The notes beneath the pieces are model-generated. The model saw only the letters and a list, made by a program, of their open reading frames with translations, was not told the origin of the DNA and did no database searches. This document shows, piece after piece, positions 1-11,500 of a stretch of 64,000 nucleotides of DNA. Origin of the DNA: a virus; IMG/VR virus record IMGVR_UViG_3300025168_000032, positions 32,001 to 96,000 of that record; one strand, 5' to 3'. The translations under genes were made by a program, and so were the position numbers. Numbering within the stretch: the first letter of the stretch is position 1; each line of letters starts with the position of its first letter.

Positions 1-1
1 A

Positions 2-3000
2 ATGAGGGCTTACATGAACCAACTTGAAATAGACTGGTTTGATTATGGCGGTATCAAGACAATGACCGCTTGGCAGAAAGTGGAGGTGAAAGATCTCCAA
101 GACAAAATAGACGAAGCACTACAGGCAACGGCCAAATTGGAACAAGATTATAATAAGATGTTGCCCGGTATCGAGTATTTGGAAAAGAGAATTCTAAAAA
201 AAGCCGCAGCCGTAAAAGCAGCATACGAAAAAAGAACAGAATCATATGATACTGCTATGAATTTAGAGAAAATGGTAGACGACAAGATAAAAGAATTACA
301 AGGAGAGTGGTTTACGAAGAGAACTGAGTTGCAATTGGCGATGGCTGAACAGGCTAAAAAGTATTCAGCCAATGATACAACGTTAAATGAAGAATCTGGG
401 CCGTATGCTAACTGGAATGATCTCTCGGAAGATGAAAGGACGTCCCTAACCGCAAGAGAGAGAAACAAACACGACGACAGAATCATGAAAGGTGTAAGTC
501 CAGACGATCCTGATTTCGAGCAAGGCACCTATGGTAAAGCCTTGGGGGATATCCAATCAGCAGTAACATCGGCATATGTGGAAGCAATAATGGAGACTGC
601 GGAATTACAACAACTTATGGGTATACTTAACAAACTCCCCGGAGTTAAGCTTATTGGTTCTTTCCTTGCGGGTTTGAAGTGCCCCTTGCCAAGTTTTATC
701 TACCCTCCATTATCAAGTTTTCTTGGAACGTTGACTCTTGATCCTTGTGGCCCCGGCAAAACAAGGATATCCTTTGGTGAGCTTCCAAAACTGCGAAGCT
801 TTAACGGTTGGAATTTTTTAAATATATTAAAAAATGCTTTTGTAGATGCTCTTTTGCAGGTAGTAACCGAGATAATGTTTGCTATAATTTTTAAGCTGGC
901 TTCTATTGTGTTTGACGTAACATGCCAGACTTTAGCAGCCGCAGGTCAAGCCGCTTTTAAAGGAATAGTTGGTGACAGCGGATGGAGAAACGCGGTAGAC
1001 GATTTCTTTTGTGGCAAAGACAAGCCTGAAGACGAGCGTGATGATCACGCTGCGCTGGTTTTAAAAACAGCCGTCCCTCAAATACCCGGAGATGCCAAAG
1101 ATCTGGCTAAGACGATGTCTGTTATCGGTACTAAATCTGAATATGCAAGAGCAATCACTTCCCTACCAGAAGACCAAGATATGGGTTTTATGAAAAATCT
1201 ATCTTCACTTATAGTTGCAAACCACCCAGAGTACGCACTGACTATGGGAACTCCTGAAATGCTCGTTATGTTCTTTTCGCAGGTAGGAAACCTTTTAACA
1301 GCAGACCAGATTGTCCAACTGAGAGATTCTTTAGATTTTGAGTCGGAAATTCCTCTAGATGACAGTATATGTTTGACAGACGATGAACTTGACCAATGGG
1401 CTCAGGATAGAGAAGACGCATTAACAAACGCAGGATTAGATCCTCAAATAGCAAAAGATTTTGTTGCGAGGCAAGATGAAAGAAGGAAATCGGATTTGGC
1501 AGATATAGCAGATATTCTATCACAATCACCAGAGGGAATGCTAGAGAACGCCTTGAACGAAGCGCTTGGTGCAAGTGATCCTGATCCGGGTTGTGACGTC
1601 TCCAAGTCAGCAGTACAATTAGAGAAAATAGAGCAGGTCAAAGATGCTGTCGGTAAAGCTACCAAGGGCATGTTCAAGAGGTTAGAAAAGGCCTTTTTCG
1701 ATGATATAATTCTGTGGCGCTGGCCAATGGACCCAAGGTCATGGAATGACACACCGGGAATTCTAAGCACCATATTGGCAGATACACAGGGGTATACTTT
1801 AAATTTCCACAATATAGCAAGAAACAATATCTTTTTTAAAACATCTAACTTTGTTACTTTTGGTTTTTATCCTAAGTACGAAGAGTACCCCGAGACAGTC
1901 GGGATAAAGTTCAGAGAAGCCCTTTTGGAAACCAGCTTTAAGTCAGAAGGCACTAAGACCAAAATACCAATTAAGTATGATATTACTGATGACTATTCTT
2001 GGAAAAGTGTGATCACGTTGACGGACGAATTCAAAGAGACAAACGACCTTGGTCAAGAAGTCTACCCTCGTGCGTTCGATTACAAATTCAAACAAAAATC
2101 ACCAGAAAACATACTAGGTACGTTTAGGGTTGAAAAACCTTTGGGCCCCGATAATAAAGACTATCAAAAATATAAACTGTTGCCTTCTAACGGACAACTT
2201 GGAAAAAGTGATTTCAGAGGTTTGGTGATGAAGAACCTGTTGAACAACTGGGTCTATAAAGATTTTAACAATGTAGATATTGATGAGTCCGAGGCAAGGT
2301 CTCTGATGTCTAAATTGCAGAACATTGTAAATACAAAATTTGTAGCTTCTCTAATGAGCGTTGATGGGAATATCCCATCTGGTTTCCTCCACGGTAGTAA
2401 AAACCAAGAAATAAAAGCAGAACACCTTGAATATGTTGCCCCGGATGGGGCAGAATACGATTTTGAAGAAACAGACGCAGTTTTCGGAAGAGCAAAGTCT
2501 GGAAACGGTAGGGTCAAGTTCCTAGACCCTGCTAAGTATGGTGGAGACTATACTTCACCAAGTATTTATATTTCACCCCCTAAAGACGAAGGTTTGATGC
2601 AAATTGCGAGGGTTTTTGTTCCGCATATTTCGGAGGGGTGTAACCCAGATTTGTCAAAGTCTCATTTTTTAAAATTGGATCAAATAAAAGAAATTATAGA
2701 TGCTGCGAGAGCCGGTATGAAACCCCATAAGAAGTTGGAATTTTCCCCTGAGTGTGTAAGAGAATTCCCATTTGATAAAATAGCTTCTCCTGCCACTCTT
2801 GCTTCACTAGAAGGGGTCGTTATAGCCACCATAAGAGTATATCTGGCAGACTTTTTTGCCAAAACGATGCCTATTTGGTCAAGCATTTCTTTGGTTTCTT
2901 TGGTCAACAACGCTGAGAACTATGATGAATTGCTACCAGAGTATATTGTCATGCTTATGAAGCGAGGTCTTTCTAGCGAGAAGTCCATCTTTTCTCGTGC

Positions 3001-4792
3001 TACTTATGAGGCTTACCCGTATTGGCTTTTATTCTTGGAGCAAGCGGCTCAAGTTGTGCAAAGGAGAGTGAAGAACGGCTCCATAGAAGAGACAACAGAT
3101 ATTAAAGAGGCCTTTGATACTATCAACGAACTACAAAATCAACATGTTGTTGCGAGTCCAAAAGATTTGATACTTGTGGCAAAATCATACGATGGAGATG
3201 TAAAGGTCAACAATTTCGCAAATGATTATTTGGCAGAATCGATTGTTAAGGGTGGGGCATTGATAGGTGGCGTTATGGAACGTGGAGAGTTGCCTTCTGG
3301 CACGAGTTCTTTTGGAAGTATCTTGTGGTCTGCTTTCGGCTTAAAAGAGGCCCGGTTTAGCGCTAAAATGTGGACTCTTCACCGTGGCCGCAAAGCTGCC
3401 ATGACTTTGTTAAAATACCTTGTGATCGGTGAAATCAATGAATATCAGTTAACGATGGCAAAGAAATTGCATGAAATGAATAATATGCCGCATTTTAATG
3501 ATTTGGGTTTGTCCTTGATAGGGAAGCATGGCGCAGCGGTAGGTAAAGCTCCAGAGAGTGGAATCTGGGCGACTACACCAGATAGTGAAGGGTTCAAAGT
3601 GCCACCAGAAACAAGAAGAAAATATGGTGATGTAAATTCTGTGTCGTCCAACCCGCTTGAGAGACACAGCATAGAGAGTGCAAAGGGAAAGTTGCCCAAA
3701 GTTAAACAAGAAGATTTTGACTTTATGAAAGAAAACGGAGCACTTTTTCTAGAAAAATATATAAGACTATTCGATCGTACAGAGGAAAGCAGCACAAAAC
3801 CAATCCCAGATTTTATCAAAAACAGACCAAACCACCTCAAGGGTGTAGTTAACATATCTGATTTCAAGAAGTTTCTTAATGACAACAAAGATTCGATTCC
3901 GGCAGATATAAGAATATCAGATTGGTTTATGGCAAAAGAGATTGCCGAGTCTGAAGAAAATAAGCCTGCTGAGTATGAGGACATAGTTGGTATAAAATAC
4001 GGTGTTAGGCTATGCTATATACCCGACGAAGATTTCCGGCCTTTTAGCTTGCCAAACACAGAGGACAACAATAAGGCAATTTTAGAAAAATCTTTTAAGT
4101 GCAAGCCAATATCATTCGAGGTAGAAAGGGAATCTACGGTACCCGGCTCCTTATCTGGTCCGACTTATCAGGTTAGTGTGCTAGAAGGTTCCAAAAATAC
4201 TTTTCCCATAGAGGAGATAGAACAGGAAATACCTGATACTGAGTTAATTAAATTAATTGAATTTGATGATGATTTAAATCAAGAATTAAGGTGTTATGTC
4301 GATAGGTTGACCCTTGGCACAAGATTTGATTTAATATTTCATAAGACTCTGCACCTAAAAAGAATAACCTCCCTGCTTATGATATCATCTTATGACAGTT
4401 GGGTGCCTTCGATAGGCGCGAAAGGCAGCAAAGAAAGGATAGAACCAGAAATCCCCGAAGCTTACGAGGACATGGAAGACGATCCACCATCCTATTCAGA
4501 CCCCGGTGGAACGCCATATTTTAACGATAGCAGAAAAGAATGTAGAAAATTGTTTATAGCCAATTACAAGAGAAGCGATTATGACCCAAAGGACGAAGAA
4601 GAAGATTTCGACCCAATCAAGGACAACGTACAACAAATGATGTCAAATACATTTAGCGCTGTTTCATACGGCTCAGATGTTCCTTTCTGGATGAAATGGA
4701 GAGTTCTTAAGGAAAACCCTGACGATAAAGAGGGTAACGCTTGTGGTAATCAGTTCACTAAACTATTTAAGAAAACAGAGGAAGAAGAATAA
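2..4792 (+). CDS. large hypothetical protein, probably virion-associated; may be 5'-truncated by the window edge
   Basis: 1596-aa ORF whose stop overlaps the start of the gp25-like gene; no recognisable catalytic motif. Confidence 0.6.
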   Translation: MRAYMNQLEIDWFDYGGIKTMTAWQKVEVKDLQDKIDEALQATAKLEQDYNKMLPGIEYLEKRILKKAAAVKAAYEKRTESYDTAMNLEKMVDDKIKELQGEWFTKRTELQLAMAEQAKKYSANDTTLNEESGPYANWNDLSEDERTSLTARERNKHDDRIMKGVSPDDPDFEQGTYGKALGDIQSAVTSAYVEAIMETAELQQLMGILNKLPGVKLIGSFLAGLKCPLPSFIYPPLSSFLGTLTLDPCGPGKTRISFGELPKLRSFNGWNFLNILKNAFVDALLQVVTEIMFAIIFKLASIVFDVTCQTLAAAGQAAFKGIVGDSGWRNAVDDFFCGKDKPEDERDDHAALVLKTAVPQIPGDAKDLAKTMSVIGTKSEYARAITSLPEDQDMGFMKNLSSLIVANHPEYALTMGTPEMLVMFFSQVGNLLTADQIVQLRDSLDFESEIPLDDSICLTDDELDQWAQDREDALTNAGLDPQIAKDFVARQDERRKSDLADIADILSQSPEGMLENALNEALGASDPDPGCDVSKSAVQLEKIEQVKDAVGKATKGMFKRLEKAFFDDIILWRWPMDPRSWNDTPGILSTILADTQGYTLNFHNIARNNIFFKTSNFVTFGFYPKYEEYPETVGIKFREALLETSFKSEGTKTKIPIKYDITDDYSWKSVITLTDEFKETNDLGQEVYPRAFDYKFKQKSPENILGTFRVEKPLGPDNKDYQKYKLLPSNGQLGKSDFRGLVMKNLLNNWVYKDFNNVDIDESEARSLMSKLQNIVNTKFVASLMSVDGNIPSGFLHGSKNQEIKAEHLEYVAPDGAEYDFEETDAVFGRAKSGNGRVKFLDPAKYGGDYTSPSIYISPPKDEGLMQIARVFVPHISEGCNPDLSKSHFLKLDQIKEIIDAARAGMKPHKKLEFSPECVREFPFDKIASPATLASLEGVVIATIRVYLADFFAKTMPIWSSISLVSLVNNAENYDELLPEYIVMLMKRGLSSEKSIFSRATYEAYPYWLLFLEQAAQVVQRRVKNGSIEETTDIKEAFDTINELQNQHVVASPKDLILVAKSYDGDVKVNNFANDYLAESIVKGGALIGGVMERGELPSGTSSFGSILWSAFGLKEARFSAKMWTLHRGRKAAMTLLKYLVIGEINEYQLTMAKKLHEMNNMPHFNDLGLSLIGKHGAAVGKAPESGIWATTPDSEGFKVPPETRRKYGDVNSVSSNPLERHSIESAKGKLPKVKQEDFDFMKENGALFLEKYIRLFDRTEESSTKPIPDFIKNRPNHLKGVVNISDFKKFLNDNKDSIPADIRISDWFMAKEIAESEENKPAEYEDIVGIKYGVRLCYIPDEDFRPFSLPNTEDNNKAILEKSFKCKPISFEVERESTVPGSLSGPTYQVSVLEGSKNTFPIEEIEQEIPDTELIKLIEFDDDLNQELRCYVDRLTLGTRFDLIFHKTLHLKRITSLLMISSYDSWVPSIGAKGSKERIEPEIPEAYEDMEDDPPSYSDPGGTPYFNDSRKECRKLFIANYKRSDYDPKDEEEDFDPIKDNVQQMMSNTFSAVSYGSDVPFWMKWRVLKENPDDKEGNACGNQFTKLFKKTEEEE

Positions 4793-5172
4793 TGGCCAAT
4801 TTAACAGTAAGATTCCCGTTAGAACAAACAGGAAAAAACACAGGCTTTGATTTACTTTCTAGTGAAGATATAAGGGATTTGGTCAAATTTAATATCAAAA
4901 ACACCCTCTTGACATGTCCGGGCGAACGCACATTTGACAGCGAGGACTTTGGGGCTTGTTTGAGAAAAATATTATTTGAATACCCAACTGCATCTGTTTT
5001 AGACACAGCAGCTTCAGCGATAAGAAAGCAATTGGGGATATTCGTTCCGTATATTGTTTTAGAGGATGTTGATATCACAAACCCGGACAATATGGTAGCA
5101 CATGTCAGGCTACTATACTATATAAATGAAATAGAGGCTAGAGACGAACTGTTAATTAGAGTCAGAGTATAA
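4792..5172 (+). CDS. baseplate wedge protein, T4 gp25/GPW-like
   Basis: 126 aa with NIKNTLLTCPGER and DFGACLRKILFE, typical of the gp25 family; directly upstream of the gp6-like gene. Confidence 0.85.
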   Translation: MANLTVRFPLEQTGKNTGFDLLSSEDIRDLVKFNIKNTLLTCPGERTFDSEDFGACLRKILFEYPTASVLDTAASAIRKQLGIFVPYIVLEDVDITNPDNMVAHVRLLYYINEIEARDELLIRVRV

Positions 5173-5192
5173 AGTATAAATTGATATAAAAC

Positions 5193-5200
5193 CTATTTAT
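5193..5200 (+). promoter_or_regulatory. candidate late-promoter motif CTATTTAT
   Basis: In the 51-nt gap, 23 nt before the ATG at 5224; same motif recurs in other structural-gene gaps. Confidence 0.55.
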
Positions 5201-5223
5201 TTTGTAAAAGAGGGTCCTTATAA

Positions 5224-7026
5224 ATGCCAAAAAGCAAAAATATTAATATAAAATACACCAGTAGAGAATTTGAATCTATCAAGGAAGACCTTATAGATCA
5301 TGCTAAACGATATTACCCAGATACCTATAGGGACTTCTCGAAGCCTTCATTCGGAGCAATGGTAATAGACAGTGTGGCTTACGTTGGCGATGTGTTGTCA
5401 TATTATTTAGACTATCATGTTAATGAATCCTTTATGGATACGTCGATAGAATTTGATAATATCAGGAAACATGCTAGATCCCTTGGTTATAACTACACTG
5501 GTGTTCCTACTACATACGGTATTTTAGATTTTTATGTTCTATGCCCAGCCAATGCAGAAGGAACAGCCCCAGATTTAACTTACTTACCAACGTTAAAAGC
5601 AGGATCGACCTTTACATCTGAAAACGGTGGAAATTTTATATTAACAGAGGACGTTATCTTCAATAGCGTAAACAACGAATTTAGAGCAGCTAGATTTAAT
5701 GGCGCGACAGGTGCTACAACCAATTTCGCTGTAAAAACTACAGGTCAAGTTCAATCTGGTATGCTGATGTCTGCTGAAGCAGACCTGACAGACGAAGCCT
5801 TCGAGAGATTCAGAAAAGTCAGAGTTGGTGCAGGAGAAGTTACGGATATAACAAGTGTTGTAGATTCCGAAGGAAATAAATACTATGAAGTTGATAACCT
5901 TGCTCAAGAAACCATATTAGTCGAAACCACAAACCCGGACGCCCTCACTGATGGTGTCAGATCTATAATCAAACCTTTTGTGGCCACTAGAAGATTTACT
6001 GTGGAGAGGGACGATACTGGAACATATCTACAATTTGGATTTGGTTCAGGGGAAGAAGACCCAACTGCTTTAGTCGACCCATCAAAAATTGCTTTAAAGA
6101 TGCACGGCAAAAATAATATAACTCTATCTTCTTTTGACCCTAGTAAATTATTAAAAAATGATAAACTTGGTGTCTCTCCTTACAACACAGTCCTCACGAT
6201 CATATACAAGTTGAATAACATTGGATCGATAAATGCAGGAGCGAATAGCGTCAGTGTTGTTTCGCGAGCAATTTATAATTTTAACAACTTAACTAGTTTG
6301 GATACCAGTCTTGTTTCCGGAGTAAAAAACTCTCTAGAATGTACAAATCCGCTTCCCATTACGTCTGTTATCGATAGCTCCGTAACCGTTCAAGAAATTA
6401 AACAAAGAGCAAAGGCATCCTTCGCAGCACAAAGTAGAGCGGTAACAAAGCAAGACTATGAGTCTTTAGTGTACAATATGCCTCCAAAATTTGGAGCAGT
6501 AAAGAGGGCGAATATAGTTAATGACCCTTCTTCAACGAATAGGCGGATTTCCTTATATGTGATATCAGAAGACGATAGCGGCAATTTAGAATCTCCGGGT
6601 CAGGTGACCAAAAACAATATTAAAAATTGGCTTGTATCTTACAAGTCGTTAAACGATGTTATCGACATTTACGATGCTATAGTGATTAATTTTAAAATTA
6701 ATTTTTTAGCTATTTCTGATAAAAGATATGACAATAAAGAGGTACTATTTGCATGTGCAGAGGCCCTTAGAGTATACTTTGAAGACATTCTTTATATCGG
6801 TGAGCCACTATATTTGACTAGATTATACGAGGTCTTGAATAGAGTAGAAGGCGTCGTAGACATAAAAAATGTCTCAATTGATGAGGCCGTTGGCGGATTG
6901 TATTCAGGCGCCAGTTTAAATTTCAAAAAAATTCTATCTAAAGATGGAACATATTATAAAGTTCCTAGAAACGTGGTTCTTGAATTAAAATATCCATCTC
7001 TAGACATAAAAGGTACAGTAAAATAA
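5224..7026 (+). CDS. baseplate wedge subunit, T4 gp6/baseplate J-like
   Basis: YTSREFESIKEDL...AYVGDVLSYYLD...RSLGY N-terminus and QSRAVTKQDYE motif. Confidence 0.85.
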   Translation: MPKSKNINIKYTSREFESIKEDLIDHAKRYYPDTYRDFSKPSFGAMVIDSVAYVGDVLSYYLDYHVNESFMDTSIEFDNIRKHARSLGYNYTGVPTTYGILDFYVLCPANAEGTAPDLTYLPTLKAGSTFTSENGGNFILTEDVIFNSVNNEFRAARFNGATGATTNFAVKTTGQVQSGMLMSAEADLTDEAFERFRKVRVGAGEVTDITSVVDSEGNKYYEVDNLAQETILVETTNPDALTDGVRSIIKPFVATRRFTVERDDTGTYLQFGFGSGEEDPTALVDPSKIALKMHGKNNITLSSFDPSKLLKNDKLGVSPYNTVLTIIYKLNNIGSINAGANSVSVVSRAIYNFNNLTSLDTSLVSGVKNSLECTNPLPITSVIDSSVTVQEIKQRAKASFAAQSRAVTKQDYESLVYNMPPKFGAVKRANIVNDPSSTNRRISLYVISEDDSGNLESPGQVTKNNIKNWLVSYKSLNDVIDIYDAIVINFKINFLAISDKRYDNKEVLFACAEALRVYFEDILYIGEPLYLTRLYEVLNRVEGVVDIKNVSIDEAVGGLYSGASLNFKKILSKDGTYYKVPRNVVLELKYPSLDIKGTVK

Positions 7027-8552
7027 TGTCAATAAAAAAATACTTTGCAATCGCAGACAACACCATAACAAACGCATTTGAGGAGAATCTTTCGACAAGA
7101 GGCACGGGGTCCAACATGGGCCAGTCCGACATTCTCGAAGTGTTTTCTATATATGCTCAACAGAGCACAGGATCATCAGAATTAGCAAGATCCTTAATAC
7201 AATTTGATATATCTTCTATCACATCCGATAGAACAGCGGGTACGACACCAGCATCTGGAAGTGTTAGTTTTTATTTAAAACTCTATAATGCAGAACACTC
7301 TCTGACTTTGCCAAGGAATTATCATCTTGAGGTCAATTCTATTTCTGCCAATTGGGAAGAGGGCAACGGTCTTGACATGGATAACTATACAGATCTAACT
7401 TACGATTTCACAGGCTCTAATTGGATTAAGAGAGCAAGCTCGACTTCGTGGACCACAGCAGGTGGAGATTACCACACAGATACAAGTTCTTCCTTTAAGC
7501 AGTATTTTGAAATTGGCGATGAAAATTTAGAAATAGATGTAACCACATTGGTCGAGCAATGGTTGAATAGCGGTGGTAACGTGCTGGGTAGCAAGACTAA
7601 CTATGGTGTGCTCGTTAGGTTATCAGGGTCACAAGAGGCTACTAGTTCTCTGAGCCCTGCTGGTGGTGGCGCTACAAAATCGTATTATACAAAGAAGTTC
7701 TTTGGCAGAGGTACAGAATTCTTTTTCGAAAAACCATCTATTGAAGCTCGATGGGACTCCTCAAGGAGAGACAATAGAGGTACATTTTATTTTAGTAGCT
7801 CGATTGCCCCAGCTTCAGAGAATTTAAATACTCTTTTCTTATATAATTATGTTAGGGGTAGGTTGAGAGACATCGCAGGTGCGACAACCCAGCTTCCAGT
7901 TTTAAATTTGCATTACGCTTCTGGGTCAGCACCAGAAGGCTCAGCCCAATATCTTAGAGATTCTTCAAATGCAGCAGCAAATTTTTTAAGCTCATCAAGA
8001 GTCTCAGAGGGTGTTTATAAAGCGCAGTTTTCAGTGACCAGTAGTGTTGTCACTGCAACGTATCCTTACTTGGTAGATGTTTGGACGTACAGTGGTTCCC
8101 AAATACAGACAGGCTCGGCATTTACTCCAACTGATTTTGGCATGGAAAACTATGATGTATCTAATACTCATGTACTAACAATGCCAAAGCTACTAAAAAA
8201 ATATTCAAATAAAGAAACGGAAAGATTTAGACTCTTTGTGAGAGATAAAGGTTGGTCTCCTAATGTTTATACTAAGGCGGTCTCTACTATCGATAGCAAG
8301 ATTATTGAAAGTGCCTCATTCCAAATTATGAGAACTGTAGACCAAAAAGTTGTTATTCCATACGGAACAGGATCTGACAATTATAGTATGCTATCTTATG
8401 ATGTGTCGGGAAATTATTTTGATTTTGATATGAGTTTGCTTGAATCTGGATACACTTACGCATTCAAGTATTCTTTCTATGATGATGCTGTTGGTGTATA
8501 TCGAGAGCAACCATATTTATTTAAATTCAAGGTAGAAAACGATGAGTATTAG
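7026..8552 (+). CDS. virion structural protein with DNRLRE-like domain
   Basis: ADNTI...RSLIQFDISSI...FYLKLY...WEEG...W...GGDY...IDVTTLVEQW...NYGVLVR pattern; Ser/Thr/Gly-rich. Confidence 0.65.
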   Translation: MSIKKYFAIADNTITNAFEENLSTRGTGSNMGQSDILEVFSIYAQQSTGSSELARSLIQFDISSITSDRTAGTTPASGSVSFYLKLYNAEHSLTLPRNYHLEVNSISANWEEGNGLDMDNYTDLTYDFTGSNWIKRASSTSWTTAGGDYHTDTSSSFKQYFEIGDENLEIDVTTLVEQWLNSGGNVLGSKTNYGVLVRLSGSQEATSSLSPAGGGATKSYYTKKFFGRGTEFFFEKPSIEARWDSSRRDNRGTFYFSSSIAPASENLNTLFLYNYVRGRLRDIAGATTQLPVLNLHYASGSAPEGSAQYLRDSSNAAANFLSSSRVSEGVYKAQFSVTSSVVTATYPYLVDVWTYSGSQIQTGSAFTPTDFGMENYDVSNTHVLTMPKLLKKYSNKETERFRLFVRDKGWSPNVYTKAVSTIDSKIIESASFQIMRTVDQKVVIPYGTGSDNYSMLSYDVSGNYFDFDMSLLESGYTYAFKYSFYDDAVGVYREQPYLFKFKVENDEY

Positions 8553-11500
8553 AGATCTTTTTGAAAAACCAGTTTCTATAGAAAACGTTTCAACTTCTAG
8601 TATGAAGGTTGAATCAAACGAGTATATTATAGAATCCACTAAAAGAGATAAAACATTTCAACCTTATGTGGATTTTAGCTCTGCTAGTAACTTTGCTAAA
8701 TTTGGCTCTGCTTACGAGTATTATACTAAGGCATTGGAGAGGATTTATGGTGATTATCCCTATGACGGATCAGAAAAAGAAAAAACCAAATTTGAAATAT
8801 CGTCTTCTTACTTAGACAAATATATTTTTGACAAGTTGTATCCCAAATCAACTGGGTATATTAATTTTTCATATGGCGGTTGGGGCTCCGGGTCTCCTGA
8901 CGCTCAGGGGTATGGTAGCACCGTTGCATCTTCAGATTATGAATATATTTTCATTAGGGGCGGAATACACACAGCATCTTCTGGGATGGAAAACTCACCA
9001 TTGTATAAAACTTTTGATAATTCAGTGGTTTATGATAGTGCTGCATCTCGAACTTCCACTTTCACACTAGATCCAGAAAAAGGATGGACTGTAGAGTTTT
9101 GGCTAAAGAAAGATGATTTTGATGCAACTAAGTCTTCTAGAGAAGTTATATTAGATTTATGGAACAACAACTCGACTGGTGGTTCTACATATGGTCGCTT
9201 CACTCTTTCTCTAAACGGCGGGTCGGCTCTAAACGGACTAAACAGCTTCCAAATGACATTCCGTAGCGGCTCATTAGCGTCTGGAAAGGGGATATTCGAA
9301 CAAACAGTATGTAGTAGTACATTTCACACTTCGTCATTAGCGACATGGGGCCATTACGCCCTATCGGTTGTCTCCGAATCTTCAGGCCTAATAACGAGGT
9401 TCTATACTAACGGCGACCTAAACCAAAAAACGACTCACAACGTTGGTGGCGCGATGGGCTCGGTAGGCGGAAGAATAAATGGGTACATTGGATCTTTGAT
9501 TGGTACAACTTCCCATCTATCTCCATCTAACCAATATGCTGGTAAACTAAGCGCTAGTTTAGATGACTTCCGTTTTTGGAAAGCAAGGAGAACCTCAGAA
9601 GAGGTTTATGATAATTGGTATGTACCTGCAAACGGCGGAACTAATACTGATGATGCTAATATTGATCTTGGTCTTTATTATAAATTTAATGAGGGCATAA
9701 CTGGATATTCTAGCAAAGACTCTGTTGTATTGGATTATTCTGGCCGAATCATCAACGGGTCTTGGACTGGTTACGCTGCGGGATCGAGAAACACAGGCTC
9801 AGCGTTTGTATCTTCTAGCTTGGTCACGACTGAAAAAGAAGACCCAATAGTGTATAGTACCCACCCAACCGTTGTTAACTTGTTGTCCGAATTGCAAACC
9901 TCTGGTAGTGATTGGGATGTTATCAACCCCTCTTTGTTATATAACACAATACCACAGTGGATAAGAGACGAAGACGAAGAGACGAACAGCAATGTCAAAT
10001 ACCTTTATCAAATAATAGCAAGCCATTTTGACACTTTGCATTCTCAAATAACAGCCCTACCATCTTTACAGAACAGAGTGTTTCCCAGTTCAAGCTATAA
10101 GGCACTTCCTTTTGCAAAAGATATGTTAGAGAGCAAGGGGCTGGTAACACCAAATCTTTTTGTTAATTCTAATCTTATTGAGATGTTCGGGGATAGAGAT
10201 GATAACCAAGTATTATTTGAAGAAAAACTGAGTGAGATAAAGAATCTGATCTATACTAACATTTACAATAACTTGGATTTTATTTATAAATCTAAAGGAA
10301 CAGAGAGATCAATTAGGAATATGCTTAGATGTTTTGGTATTGACGACGAAATCGTTAAGCTTAACGTTTATACTGATGGCGGAACTCACTATTTCAATGA
10401 CAAGCACAAGCAAACTTCGCAGACTACAAAGTATATAAACTTTAATAGTGGCTCTTTGATGAGCGCAACAATGTTCCTCACAGCCTCAGACAGTAATTCA
10501 CTATCTTACATATCAGGCTCAGAGGCGTCCAAAAGCGAGCAATTTTCGGCCTTTACGGCAGAGATCGACGTAGTAGTGCCATATAAGCTAAAGATGCACG
10601 AAAAGGGGCATTTTGACACTTCGTTTCTATCGAGTTCCATCTTTGGTATGCATAGGCCTGCTGACGGTGGTGCTGGTACTGATTATACTTGGAGACCGCT
10701 AACCGAAGACATAGGTAATTTTCAAATTTACCTACTTCGTGATGGAATAGAATCAGAAAACGCCCAATTTGTATTAACAAACAGAGATGGATCACTTTAT
10801 CTGACTTCTAGTGTTTATAATCAAATCTACAATAACCAAAGGTGGAATATAGCAGTCCGAGTAAAACCTGACAAGTATCCATTAATTGGTAATATTGTCT
10901 CCTCATCTAACCCCACATACAACGTAGAACTTTATGGTGTTACACACGACTATGATGATGTTCGAAGCGAATTCACTGTAACATCGAGTGTATCTTACGA
11001 TAGCGGATCAGCGTTTCTATCTGATAGCAAGCGTTTTTACTTCGGTTCTCATGTCGAGAACTTCACGGGCTCTGTACTACAACAGACTGATATGAAGATC
11101 GGTGCGTTTAGATTTTATATGGATTATTTAGAAGATTCTATCATTAAGCAACACAATTTAGATCCCTCAAACTATGGACTTAGAAAGAGTTATCAGAGTC
11201 CTACTTTATTTTCATTAAATTTGGACAAACAAGTCCCAAGTGCGGATTTGATAGCTGCTAATCATGATTTTTCAACTGTGACCGGCTCTAATGCAAGCGG
11301 CCAGTTCATAGTTGAGGATTTATCAAGCGGATCGTCAGATGTGATATACGGCTGGATTGACAACATCAACAGGAGGGAACACAGGGTCTTAGGACATGGA
11401 TTCCCAGCTTCTGTTTCTACGATGGTTGATAACGAACCTATATTCTCTTTTAAGAAAGAGTTGCCTGAAATTGCGTTTACAGCAAACAACGTTTTTATCA